A DNA stretch of 64,000 nt from Squalus acanthias. Lineage: Eukaryota. Position numbers and translations under genes: made by a program. The notes beneath the pieces are model-generated. The model had not been told where the DNA came from. It did no database searches and worked only from the letters and a program-made list of their open reading frames with translations. Below are positions 1 through 12,577 of this stretch, in pieces. Each line of letters begins with the position of its first letter. The first letter of the stretch is position 1. The stretch is taken from positions 32,800,001-32,864,000 of the forward strand of contig CM059432.1 in the NCBI GenBank assembly GCA_030390025.1, written 5' to 3'.

Positions 1-804
1 AGTATTGAAAAAAAAGTACTTACATATATTAGTGGATCTCCCCTGGATGATGCACTGTTTTATAAGGACATGATTATTATACCATATATAATATAATTTA
101 TTATTCTGCTGCTAAGGTGGAACTGTGTCCAATTAGAACTACAAAGTCTAATTGTTAAGTTAAATACATCTTCAGGTTCATCAGGATTTAATTGTCATAT
201 AAACATATGAAAAGAAGGGCGAGAAAAGACCAATTTGACCCCCAAAACCACTAGATCTAGCAAAGAGAAAAATCAAGTAAAGCTTTAGCGGATTAAAGTA
301 GTCTATAACTCCTCATAATCACAACTAACTAACTAAAGTAAAGAATAGTTCAGAAATAGGAGGGATCAGACAGAGGGCAGTTTAAGATGAGTTTGGAGTG
401 CAGGTGCATTAATGCACATAGTATGATAAATAAAGTTGGTGAACTGCAGGCACAAGTCACCACATGAAACTGTGATATATTGGCAATAACAGAGACCTGG
501 CTCAAAGGGGAGAATTGAGAACTTAACATTCCTGGCTACAAGGTATTCAGGAAAGATAGGGAAGGAAAGAAAGGGTGAGGGGGTGGCAGTATTGATCAAA
601 GAAGCTATTATAGCAATGGAAAGGGGATGATGTAGTTGAGAGGCCAAAGACAGAATCTATTTGGTTAGAATTAACAACAGAGGAACTATTACACTACTCG
701 GTGTATACTGTCGGCCACCAAATAGTGAGAAGGAGATAGAGCAGCAAATTTTCAGGAAAATTACAGAAAGATGCAAGAACTATAGAGCAGTGATACAGAG
801 TAAT

Positions 805-1175
805 GAATTCCCTCCCTAAACCTCTCCGCCCCTCTACCAATGTTCTATTTAAGCTGCGCGGCTTCACAGCGCTCTGGAGCTCTCGCGCAGCCGACTCACC
901 AGCTGTTAAATGGAAAGACTGTGATTGCGCGGAATTTGAATGGGCAGCGCAGTCTGTTAAAGGGGCCGCCTGGCACAAAAAAAATTCGAGGGAGCATGCC
1001 CTCTACCTCGCTTTCCTCCTTTAAGACGCTCCTTAAAGCTACCTCTTCGACTAAGCTTTTGGTCATATGCCCTAATATGTGGCTCGGTGTCAAATATTGT
1101 TTGATAATGCTCCTGTGACGTGCCTTGGGACATTGTACAACATTAAAAATGATATATAAATATAAGTTGTTGTTG
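805..1175 (+). mobile_element. L2-type LINE 3' end nested in CR1
   Basis: Matches the L2 3' ends elsewhere in the window (gaattccctccctaaacctctccg...atataaatataagttgttgttg). The CR1 endonuclease sequence resumes at ~1176. Confidence 0.8.
838..998. mobile_element. hAT-type MITE (161 bp)
   Basis: Perfect 8-bp TSD CCCTCTAC at 830-837 and 999-1006. Ends CAATGTTC.../...GGGAGCATG. Homologous to 59935-60070. Confidence 0.8.
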
Positions 1176-2033
1176 GGGGACTTCAATTACCCCAATATAG
1201 ACTGGGAAGTAACAGTGTAAAATTTGTTGAAAATATACAATACGGTTTCCTGACTCAACATGTTAATGAAGTAATTAGGGATGATCATATATTAGATCGA
1301 GTGTTTAATAATGAGCCTGACCTCGTATTGGGCCTCCATGTGGGGGAGCATCTGGCCAACAGTGACCACAACATTATACAGTTTCAATTGGCTGGTAGAA
1401 CTAAAGGTACGGAGAATCTGCAACTCGTACCAGATTTCAAAAGAGCAAACTTGACTAAAATGGCAGATGATTTGGAACAGGTAAATTTGCTAACCCTACT
1501 GGCTGGTGATGAGACCGATGTAGAATATAAATGGAAAGTATTTAAGAACAAGATAAAAAATGTGGAAAACAAATATGTACCCAAAGTCAAAAGAAGGAAG
1601 TGTGGTAAGAAAAAAACAAAGTGGCTGACTGGTTAGGTACAAAGACAAATAAGATGTGAACAGAAATGTTTTTATAAATTAAAGGTATTTAATACTCAAC
1701 TAAACAGAGTTGAGTACAAGGAATAACTAAAGAACACGAAGGCTGCTATTAGATCAGCTAAAAGGCTGATGGAAAAAAGGATCGTAGACAACTGTGGGAA
1801 AAGCTTTTTCAGTTATGTGAAGAATCACAGAACTGTCAAAGACTGTAATGAGCCATTGAAAGATGTTCAAGGACAGGTTACAAAGGATTCACTGGGTATG
1901 GCGGGAATATTAAATGAGTACTGTACTTTGCATTGGTCTTCACCCTTGAAAATGATGCTTGACTGATGCTCAACTATTAGAATTGAATAATGTTTCTAAC
2001 AAAACTAGTAATATTAACATAGATGAACATAGT

Positions 2034-2795
2034 GGCCCAGAAATTAGACTTCGATGGTTGCCGCGGGGGTAAGGATCCGGCGCAATCTTACCTACCGCGC
2101 CTGCCTTTATGGTTCGGGCCCACAAGAACTTCTGCTCCTGGGCCTCTCCCTGGTACCGGCGCGCAGTGTGTGCGTGTCCCAGAGGCGCAGTTAGTTCGAT
2201 GCGACCTCTGGGATCACGTGGGACATGGAGAGCCAATGGCAGCACACCATCTTTCATTCATAGTTTTGACAGGAGAACTGTCAAAACTATGAATACAACT
2301 TGCCCCCAAAAGAACAGCTAAACCTCAATAAAAAATTTTTTAAAAACCATCACATTAATAAAATAACTATAGTTAAATAAATTAACCACTTTAAACAAAA
2401 ATTTTAATTTTTGAAAAAATTTAAATTCTTTTTAAAAGTTATAAAAATAAACTTACCTTTCTTTAAAGTCTCTAAAAAAGATAAACCTGTTGAAAAAAAT
2501 TTAAAATACTTAATTAACTACTTACCTTGTTAAAAGGGGGTCTTACGCCTCCTTTTTTCATGTGTAAAATCTTCCATACTTACCCTCGCGTTCAAACCTG
2601 AAAAAAAACCTAAGTGTGCTGCGTGCGCACAGCCTGTAGCGCGCACGCGGTTCACTTAGGAACCACCCCCTTCGCAATATCGGAAGTGCCGGTTTCCCGC
2701 GCATGCGCAGTGCATGCAGGAAACCGGCACTTCGGGACCGAATACGGGTGAGTTCACAGTGCGTACTCTCCCGTATTCGGCCGAATTTCTGGTCC
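2034..2795. mobile_element. PIF/Harbinger-type MITE (762 bp) inserted in CR1 ORF2
   Basis: TIRs GGCCCAGAAATT / AATTTCTGGTCC. 3-bp TSD AGT/ATT (1 mismatch). Removing it restores the CR1 frame NIDEH-IVLERIKNLKID. Confidence 0.75.
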
Positions 2796-4794
2796 ATTGT
2801 TTTAGAAAGAATTAAGAACTTGAAAATAGATTGAGCAGCCGGGCCGGAGGATATCCACCCGCAAGTCCTCAGGGAGATGGGACATGTGCTGTGCGAACCC
2901 CTAGCCTGTATTTTTAATAGCTCACTGCATTCTAGAATGGTTCCTATAGACTGGAAGGAGGCTAATCTAGTTCTCATCTTTCAAAAAGATGACAAGACAG
3001 ACCTGGGTAACTATAGGCCTATTAGTTTAACATCAGAAATTTCTTTTGGAGCTGTTTGGAGTCCAGTCACCAGTGGTGTGCCGCAGGGATCGGTGTTGGG
3101 ACTGTTGCTCTTTACTATTTTTATTAATGATCTGGAAGTAAGTGTTGGGCGCATGATCTGCAAATTTGCAGATGATACCAAGATCTATGCGAGTATTAGG
3201 ACTGTAGACGATGCTCGTCTGCTTCAGGGATTCACATGGTAGAATAAATTTAACGCGGAGAAGTGTGAAGTGATACATTTTGGTCGGAAGAATCAGGGTG
3301 AGGCAATATAAACTAAATGGTATAATTTTAAAGGGGGTGCAAGAATAGAGAGACCTGTGGGTTCACATACACAAATCTTTGAAGATGGCAGGACAGGTTG
3401 AGAAGGCTTTATTAATAGAGCCATAGAGTACAAAAGCAAGAAAATTATGCTAAGCTTAGTTAGGCCTCAGCTGGAGTATTGTTTCTAATTCTGAGCACTA
3501 CACTTTAGGACAGATGTCAAGGCCTTACAGAGGGTGCAAAAGGGATTTACAAGAATGATACCAGGGATGAGAGACTTCAGTTATATGGAGACACTAGAGA
3601 AACTGGGGTTGATCTCCTTAGAGCAGAGAAGGTTAAGAGGAGATTTTATCGAGGTGGTCAAAATCATGAATGGTTAGAATTGATAATAGTAAATAAGGAG
3701 AAACTGTTTCCAGTGGCATAATGGTTTGTAACCAGAGGACACAGATTTAAGGTGATTGGCAAAAGAACCAGAGGTGACATGAGCACATTTTTTTTTTTTA
3801 CAGAGAGCTGTTATGATCTGGAATGCACTGCCTGAAAGGGTGGTGGAAGCAGATTCAATCGTAACTTTAAAAATAGAATTGGATAAATACGTGAAGGAAA
3901 TTTTTTTTACAGGGCAATGGGGAAAGAGCAGGGGAGTGGGACTAAGTGGATAGCTATACCAAAGAGCCGGCACAGGCAGGATGGGCCGAATGGCCTCCTT
4001 CTGCGCTGTACAATACTATGATGATAACTAGCAACACCCTCCAAAACTGAAAATCTCCACATAGGAATCTATGAAGCTCTCTTTTAAAAGTACTATTGTT
4101 TAGTGATGGAATGCTGCAGATTTTAAAAGTCCTGTAAGTTCAAGTTCCAAGGCAGAAGCAACCAGCATTAAGTGACTGGCTTTGTACCTTTTTTCTTTAA
4201 AGATTGTTTTGGATCTGTAACAAAGCATGACATCTGATGTGTGATGGAGAAAATGCATACAAAATGCAATATATATATATAACTAGCAAGACAAAATGAG
4301 AAAGCATGGAAAACTTTTGCAGAATTTTTTAGGAATTGAAAAACCAGCAAATTTAAAAAAAGACAAACTGTTCACACTAGTAATGACAACAATAGCTCTC
4401 CTATTGGCAAACTAAGTTCTAACACCACAGACCACCAACTTAAGATAGCACCAGCAGTGTAAACCCACCCATGCTTATTACAACAAGCAATAACTAATAT
4501 ATGGTAAAAACAATATGTATATGGGGTAACAGAAAATAAACCACCTTTGCCAAGTACAATATAACTCACTCCTCGATATAAAACAGTTGTTATCTAATAT
4601 TTTCAAGGTTAAGACTGACTAATAAGACTCATTAAAACACAATCTTTCTGAAACTGTTCAGTTATCTTTAAGAGTTTTTCTGGGTGAAATGAATATTCTT
4701 GCTCAAAACAGTTTGCTGAGGACATTAAGGAAAGTTCCAGGGTAAAGTTCCATGGGCACCAAAATTCTGGAAAATAGTTGTCTTCACACTTGAG

Positions 4795-4940
4795 TCTAGA
4801 TAGTGATCTTTAGCAGACTATTCGACCATGGAGGAGAGTCAGCAAAGCAAAGACTGATCCTGTCCTTGCTCAACATTCAACTCATACAATTTCTAGCAGG
4901 GGTCACTGCTCAACAATCAGGAGCAGAAATTCTGGTCAAT
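4795..4940 (-). mobile_element. Ancient SINE fragment (AmnSINE2-like)
   Basis: Similar to 58920-59235 and 60300-60600 (ctattcgaccatggag...agcaggggtcactg...caggagcag). Family name from memory of the consensus. Confidence 0.5.
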
Positions 4941-5413
4941 ATGCTTATAAAACGCTATTCTGCATAAACTCCTGTAGCATCTCAGTTGTTTTTTGGTGTA
5001 ATGTTAAAAACTTGAAGCATTTGAATTTAGACAGTGCTCCAAAACCCCAAGACCATAATCGATCAGTGACAGCACGTGACTAGTACAGTGAAGGACTCCA
5101 ATTACGACACATGATCAATGCAATTAATTCTGACACAGAAGAGTGATATATGCTTTTACAAACTGCCACCTGCTACAGTCTCTATAAGTTACGATCGGTA
5201 CATATTTGGTTTCCATTATGTAGACCAATTATAATACTTTCACCAGCTACTAATCCTACTCTGTGTTCTGTAACCTTACTTTTGAACCCCAATTAATACT
5301 GTACAATAATCCCAATTTTACAAACAATATTAACTCTGGCCTTCTTTAAAAAAAAAGTCCTCATCATCAATTGGCAAAATAAATCATAATTATTCTGTCT
5401 GACATGTTCAACC

Positions 5414-7105
5414 CAACAACAACTACTTGCATTTGTATAGCACCTTTAACATAGTAAAACATCCCAAGGCGCTTCACAGAAGCCTTATCAAACAAAATTT
5501 GACACCGAGCCACATAAGGAAATATATGGGTAGATGACCAAAAGCTTGGTCAAAGAGGTAGGTTTTAAGGAACGTTTTAAAGGAGAGAGAGCGGCGGAGA
5601 GGTTTAGGGAGGGAATTCCAGAGCTTAGAGCTTAGGCAACTGTAATCTCGGCTGCCAATGGCGGAGCAATTAAAATCGGGGATGCACAAGAGGCCAGAAT
5701 TGGAGGATCGCAGAGGTCTGGGAGGGTTGTAGGGCTGGAGGAGGTAAGGGAGATAGGGAGGGGCGAAGACATGGAGGGATTTGAAAACAAGTATGAGAAT
5801 TTTAAAATTGAGGCATTGCCGAACCGGGGGCCACTGAAGGTCAGCAAGCACAGGGGTGATGGGTGAACAGGACTTGGTGCGAGTTAGGATACAAGTAGCA
5901 GAGTTTTGGATGAGCTCAATTTCATGGAGGGTGGAAAATGGGAGGCCGGAAAATGGGAAGCCAGCCAGAAGAGCATTGAAATAGTCAAGTCTAGAGGTAA
6001 CAAAGGCGTGGATGTGGGTTTCAGTCGAAAATGGGCTGAGGCAGGGGAGGAGTCAGGTGATCTTATGGAGGTGGAAGTAGGCGGTCTTGACGATGGCGCG
6101 GATACATGATCGGAAGCTCATCTCGACGTCAAATACGACATCAAGGTTGCGAATGGTCTGGTTCAGCCTCAGCCAATTGCCTGGAAAAGGGATGGAGTCG
6201 GTGGCTAGGGTTTGTGATGGGGGCCGGGGACAATGGCTTCGGTCTTCCCGATATTTAGTTGGTGGAAATTTCTGCTCATCCAGTACTGGATGTCGGACAA
6301 GCAGTGTGACAAATTAGAGACAGTGGAGAGAGGTGGTGGTGAGGTAGAGCTGAGTGTCGTCAGCGTACATGTGGAACCTGACGTGTTTTTGGATGATGTC
6401 ACCGAGGGGCAGCGTGTAGATGAGAAATAGGAGGGGACCAAGGATAGATCCTTCGGGGTCTCCAGAGGTAATGGTGCAGGATCGGGAAGAGAAGCCCTTG
6501 CAGGTGAATCTCTGGCTACGACTGGATAAATAAGAATGGAACTAGGCTGGACGACAGAGGAGCGGCGTTGGACGAGAATGGTGTGGTCAACCGTGTCAAA
6601 GGCTGCAGACAGGTCGAGAAGGACAAGGAGGGATAGTTTACCACGATAACAGTCACATAGGATGTCATTTGTGACTTTGATAAGGGCCAGTTCAGTACTG
6701 TGGCAAGGATGGAAACCTGATTGGAGGGATTCAAAGATGGACTTCTGGGAAAGATGGGCACGGATTTTGGAGGCGACAACATGTTCAAAGATTTTGGAGA
6801 GGAAAGGGAGGTTGGTGATGGGGTGGTAGTTTGCAAGGACAGAGGAGTCAAGGTTGGGTTTTTTAAGGAGGGGTGATGATGGCAGATTTGAAGGGGAGGG
6901 GGACAGTACCCGAGGAGAGAGAACCGTTAACCGTATCAGCCAACATGGGGACCAGGAAGAAAAGCTGGGTGGTCAGCAGTTTGGTGGTAATAAGGTCAAG
7001 GGAGTAGGAGGTAGGTCTCACGGACAAGATGAGCTCGAAGAGGGCATGAGGGGAGATACAAGAGAAACTAGAGAAAGATGAGAGTTCAGAGCTAGGGCAG
7101 GGGCT
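5414..7105 (-). mobile_element. L2-type LINE, 3' half of ORF2 (RT) and 3' tail, decayed
   Basis: Minus-strand peptides [61 protein letters not shown]. (caa)n tail at the left end. Confidence 0.9.
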
Positions 7106-7419
7106 CTCTACGCTCCTCCAATTCTGGCCTCTTGCGCATACCCGATTTTAATCACTCCACCACTGGCAGCTGTGCTTTCAGCTACCTTGGCCCTAAGCTC
7201 TGCAATTCCCTCCCTAAACCTCTCTGCCTCTCTTCCCCATTTTCTGAGTTCTAAACTGCATTTACTGGATCTCACTTAAGCCTAATGTTGGAAACTAACA
7301 GTTTTTAAAAGTGCATTAGGACGAGTAGCTCTGCAGTTGCTAAAAATACAAAACCCTGGTGAAACAGCACTTATTTTAGGACATGAGTATGTGGGTCTCA
7401 GTAAAAGGAGAACTCACAA

Positions 7420-8080
7420 GGAAGGAGAGTTTTGATAAAGTAAATAAGGATCATTTATCTCAATCGGTCGGTGAGTCGATAACTAGAGGGCATAAATTGA
7501 TGATCAGCACCAAATGAATGAAAGGAGAGGGTAGGAGAATTTTTTTTAATGCAGAGTGCGGTTAGGACATGGGATGCCCTACCAGAAACAGTGGTGGAAG
7601 CAGAATCCATAACAGCCTTTAAAACAAAAGTAATTATTATTTTAAAAAACAAAAATGTAAAAGATTATGGGGAAAGGGCAAAGTAATGAGACTAAATGGA
7701 TAGCTCTTTCAGAGAGTCAGCATAGGCATTATGGGCCAACCGACCTCCTTCTATGCTGTAAAATTATATTATTCTATGATTTTAGTTAAGATTCACTAGA
7801 ATATCAGGAATGAAGGTTATAGTTATGAAGAATGATTTGAATTTCCCCCCCCCCCCACTGAAACAGAACAAGTTGAAGGGGAACTAGAAGAGGTTTTCAA
7901 AATTATGAAAGGTTTTAAGAGGGTAAAAAGTGAAAATAGGCAACAAATGGCCACAAACTCAGGGTTATCACTAGAATAACGAAGTGAGAAATATGAGGAC
8001 TTTTTCACACTGACGGTTATTAGAACATGAAATGCTTTAACACAAGTGGCTATTGAAGCAGAGACAATAACATAATTCAA
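7420..8080 (+). mobile_element. Two old CR1 3' fragments
   Basis: ccagaaacagtggtggaagcagaatcc and gggccaaccgacctccttct...attctatgat tail motifs. Confidence 0.6.
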
Positions 8081-8709
8081 TCAAAAATAACTTGCATTCA
8101 TATAGCACCTTCAAAATAGAAAAACATCCAAAAAAGCTTCAGTAAGGAAAGAATGGACCAAACCAAAGACTGAGGTTAGTCTGCAATATAAACAGGGCTT
8201 GGCAACTGTGTGTTGGAGCTGGCAAATATCAATCTCAGATCAGTATTATTGTAGTCGGAAATACCATCAAAAATTTCACAAAAGAAAAATGACAAACACA
8301 AATATTCGAGGTTTGCATGTCACAACAGTACAAACCAGCCCAAACCAGCATGCAAATAATTCTCTGTACTACAAGTATGATCCAACAACTTTGGAATTGC
8401 CTTCTCTATTCACACCTATAAGGCCAGTGGGGGAAAAAAGCCTTTAAAAAGCAACATTTTTAATATGCGGTACAAATAGATTACTCGAGAGCAGTGGTCT
8501 AGTCTAGTCTATCAACGCCCTTGTGGAAATATTATCACACTGATGGCTATGACATATTCTCTATAAATACAACAGGGATTATCTAAGTAAAGTATGCTCA
8601 ATAAGCCTGTGGGTCAGAAGAAAAATATATTGTACAGATCAAATGGAGGAAAAACAGGAATGGTTACAATAAAATTAGGGGAAAAAATAACTAATGCAAG
8701 TCACAGCAA

Positions 8710-9005
8710 ATTCATAGAATCATACAGCACAGAAGGAAGCCATTCGGCCCATCATGCCTGTGCCGCCTCTTTGTAAGAACTATCCAATTAGTCTCACTGT
8801 CCCGCTCTCTCTTCATAGGTTGCAAATGTTTTCCTTTTCAAGTATATATCCAACTCCTATTGAATCTGTTTCCACCAACCTTTCAGGCAGTGCATTTCAG
8901 ATCATAACTTGCTGCGTAAAAATACAATTCTCTTCATCTCCCCTTTTACCAATAATCTTAAATCTGTGTCCTCTGGTTATTGACTCTCATGCCAGTGGAA
9001 ACAGT
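8710..9005 (-). mobile_element. CR1 3' fragment
   Basis: catagaatcatacagcacagaagg tail (reverse complement) and tccaccaacctttcaggcagtgcatttcag. Confidence 0.7.
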
Positions 9006-10898
9006 GGATGGATACACCCTACAAGTTTGTGGGATGGAGGATAATGTATAGTCTTCAATGCAACTCATTTTTTTGCCTCTTAAACAAATTCCCCCTCCCC
9101 CAACTGGGCTGTCGCAACAATTTTTTATTTCTTTCCCCCATCCTTACTTTATACTATCACATGGATTGAATATTGGTGACTTATTTCCTGTGGATTCTTT
9201 CTGAAAAAAGCAATCAACTCCTAAAAGTGTGTTAATGTGACAAATAGTACATGCATATCCAATAAAAAAGACCTTTAAATAAATGAAAATTTTGCCCATT
9301 ATTTTTTACAATGTGCACAGTGGCTACTTTATCTAGTCATACTGAACTCGTCACATCAAAATGCAGCAACTTCATCACAGAGTACATATGGCAACTCTAC
9401 ACTGGCGAAAGCCATTCTGTTGTCTCAAAACGTTGTTGTTACATCAGTCAATATGTGGAATTAACAAAGCATGCAATAAAGTTCAGAGAAAAGATAGCTG
9501 AGTTGGTAACTAGTGGTCATAAATGTATGATCATCAAAAGAACAAAGAGGAACATTAGAAGATTGTTTTTATATAGAGAGAAAGTTGTTACAACAATGGC
9601 ATGCCTGCCAGAAACAGTGGTCGAAGCAGAATCCATAAGAAATTTTAAAAGGTAAGTGGGTAAGTATCTGAAACCTATTTAAAAATATTTAGGGCAGGGG
9701 AATGGAACTAAATAGGTAGCTCTTTCAGAACATGTACGACAGGCCAAATGTGCTGTGCTGTAAAATTGTATGATTCTAGGTTAACATTTCAGATATAGAT
9801 CCTTCATCATAATGTTTGACTACAGAACAGTTACAATGCTTCAAAAGTAATTAATTGGTTGTAAAGTGCTTTAGTATTCTGAGAGACTGTGATTAGGAGC
9901 TATATAACCACAAGTTTTCTTTTCTAGAGAGTGGTGAGAATGTGGAACTCGCTACCACAGGGAGTGGTTGAGGTGAATAACATGCATTTAAAGCGAGGCT
10001 AGATAAGCATATGAGGGAGAAGGGAATAGAGAGTTATGCTGATAGAGTTAGATGAGGAAGGATGGGAGGAGACTCGAGTAGAACATAAACAAATATTTTG
10101 CATCTGTCTTCATAGCAGAAAACACAAAAAACATACGAGAAATAGTGGGGAACCAAGGGTCTAATGGGAGTGAGGAACTTAAAGTAATTAATATTAGTAA
10201 AAAAAAGTACTGGAGAGATTAATGGGACTAAAAGCCGACAAATCCCCTGGACCTGATGGCTTACATCCTAGGCTTCTAAAAGAGGTGGCTACAGAGATAG
10301 TGGATACATTGGTTGTGATCTTCCAAAATTCCCTAGACTCTGGAAAGGTCCCAGTGAATTGGAAGGTAGCAAATGTTACACCGCTATTCAAGGAAGCAGA
10401 AAGAGAGAAAACAGGGCAGTTAGCCTGACATCAGTTGTCAGGAAAATGCTGGAATCCATTATTAAGGAAGTGGTAACAGGGCACTTAATATGATTAGGCA
10501 GAGTCAACATGGTATTATGAAAGCATGTTTGACAAAGCTATCGGAGTTTTTTTGAGGATGTAACTAACAGGGTAGTTAAAGGGAAACCAGTAGATGAGGT
10601 ATATTTGGATTTTCAAAAGGCACTGGATAAGGTGTCACACAAGATAAGGGCTCATGGGGTTGGGGATAATATATTAGCATGGATAGAGGATTGGTTAAAG
10701 GACAGAAAACAGAGTAAGGTTAAAGGGGTCATTTTCAGGTTGGCAGGCTGTTACTAGTGGGGTGCTGCAAAGATTAGTGCTGGGGCCTCAGCTATTTACA
10801 ATTTATATTAATGACTTAAATGAAGGGACTGAGTGTAAAGTATCCAAGTTTGCTGACGATACAAAGCTAGATGGGAAAGTAAGCTGTGAGGAGACAAA

Positions 10899-12577
10899 GG
10901 CCGGGATTTCACCTACCTCAGCGAGTCTGGGGCGGGCGTTGTCGGTGGCAGCCCCGCTGCTGGCTCCATCCCACGGTCTAAAATGAACTTACATTGATAG
11001 GGCTTGTTAAGCCTGCCCAGCGCATTACCCGGCCCAATTAGAGGAAGCAGGTTGGGTGATGCGTCATCAGCCGGTTTCCTTAAAGGGACCATGGCCAACT
11101 TTCTTTTGACATTTGTGCTGTCAGTGTTCTACAGCATTGGAGTGCTGCAAACACTGACAATGACTGCACAGAGGCAGAGGGCTGCACCCAGGTTCACCCA
11201 TGACTCCCTCCATACGCTTATGGAGGGAGTCAGAGCACGCAGGGAGGTCATCTTCCCTTCTGAATGGCGGAAGACATCTCCCCAGGAGACCAAAACAGCC
11301 TGGTTGCACATTGCACAGGAGGGTACAAACAGGGATGTGGTCAGGAGGACCTGGATGCAGTGGCGCAAACGTTTCAATGATCTCAGTAGATCACGAAACG
11401 TTAGTACAAAGCCACACTCAACCTCATCCTGCTGTGCCTCTCATCACATCACTCTGCCTTCCCTACCCTACTCCTGCACATCCTTACTCAAACCAACTTA
11501 TCTTGCACCTCCACCCATCCCCCTCTATCTACATTATCAAATCCCCATCTCACTAGCCACCCCTCACACTCATCCTAGTGCAATCATACCTACTAACAAA
11601 ACACAAGGGTAGCCACTTGGGTGTTTTATCCAATGTTTATGTAAAGTTTCTATTAATGTGCTGTAAAAACATTGAAATCTTTATTTTCAACACTTTCCGG
11701 TCTTGGACAGATTTGTGTGCAGCTTTGGAAGTGAATGATGAGACATAACGGTAACCCCCCGCAATGGTGATGAGTGTGAAAGGAATGGCTTGGTCATTGT
11801 AGGGATGCTTTATGGTGTTGGTGTGGGGTGGTGCCAACCTGGCGCATCATGTGGCAGCCAGGGTGTACAGCGTAAAGTTAAGTAAATCTGGCCATGATGA
11901 GGCCATCCCGGCCTCCAGGACAGCAATGTGCTCGAGGGCTGATGCCCTCTGCCCTGTGCAGCATCAGGTGATTACTGAGAAGGTTGGTGTTGTTGTTGGT
12001 GCTGCTGGTGTTGGAGCTCATCGTGGTTCAATTCTGAGGACCAAGGTGAGACAGTATAAATGGCACCCATGCTGATGGAATAGATGGCAGATGAAGTACA
12101 GATGACAGAAGCGATCTATCAATGGTGAGAGAGGTAATGAGGTGAGACTGGATGAAGACTTGCAGCATGGTGAATCTGTTGTGGAAATGCAGTGAGGAGC
12201 TTGTGGCTTAGGAAAGTGAGCTCTGTCAGGTGGGAGCTTTTACTGTACATTTGAAGCTGTCAAGTAATCAGCTGGAGCAATGGCCACTGAACTCCCACCT
12301 CAGGTTGACAGACGTGGCCACCGAACAGCGTGGCTCTCGTGGCCATGAAGTTAAAGATAAAAAGTAAGGTAAAAAAGCCTGTTAAGGGTCTGGTAAGTAC
12401 ATTTTAATCAGTTTAATTGGGTCGTCCGCCGCTGCCCGTCAGGTCTGCTCAGCGCTGACAGACCAGACATTGGGAAAGGCACGTTGCAGCGGGTTCCTGA
12501 CCTGCTGTCAAAAAAAAACACTTTCCCACCTGACCCACCACCGATCCCACCCGCTGACATCCTGGAAAATTCCGGCC
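10899..12577 (+). mobile_element. Non-autonomous Harbinger derivative (1679 bp) retaining Myb/SANT exon 1
   Basis: TIRs GGCCGGGATTTC / GAAAATTCCGGCC. Perfect TSD AAA (10896-10898, 12578-12580). Colinear with both ends and the intergenic spacer of the 25178-29709 element. Confidence 0.9.
11160..11612 (+). CDS. Open Myb/SANT-like DNA-binding domain of the Harbinger derivative (exon 1 reading through into the former intron)
   Basis: MTAQRQRAAPRFTHDSLHTLMEGVRARREVIF...KTAWLHIAQE...RRTWMQWRKRFNDL matches the Harbinger/NAIF1-type Myb-SANT pattern. No stop until 11612. Expression unknown. Confidence 0.55.
   Translation: MTAQRQRAAPRFTHDSLHTLMEGVRARREVIFPSEWRKTSPQETKTAWLHIAQEGTNRDVVRRTWMQWRKRFNDLSRSRNVSTKPHSTSSCCASHHITLPSLPYSCTSLLKPTYLAPPPIPLYLHYQIPISLATPHTHPSAIIPTNKTQG

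Larger units (their letters stand above)
340..4025 (+). mobile_element. Decayed CR1-type LINE ORF2 (endonuclease-RT) through 3' tail, probably a composite of more than one copy; hosts nested L2, hAT MITE and Harbinger MITE
   Basis: Frameshifted ORF2 motifs: [48 protein letters not shown]1 3' end GGGCCGAATGGCCTCCTTCT followed by ctatgatgata tail. Boundaries approximate. Confidence 0.85.

Noticed and set aside
4372..4569. ORF containing ILVIACC, reminiscent of SCAP exon 2 (ILACC)
   Set aside because: It lacks the MTLTE.LREKIS..FY.HGL.CASYP sequence and has no donor after the Cys codons. Chance match.
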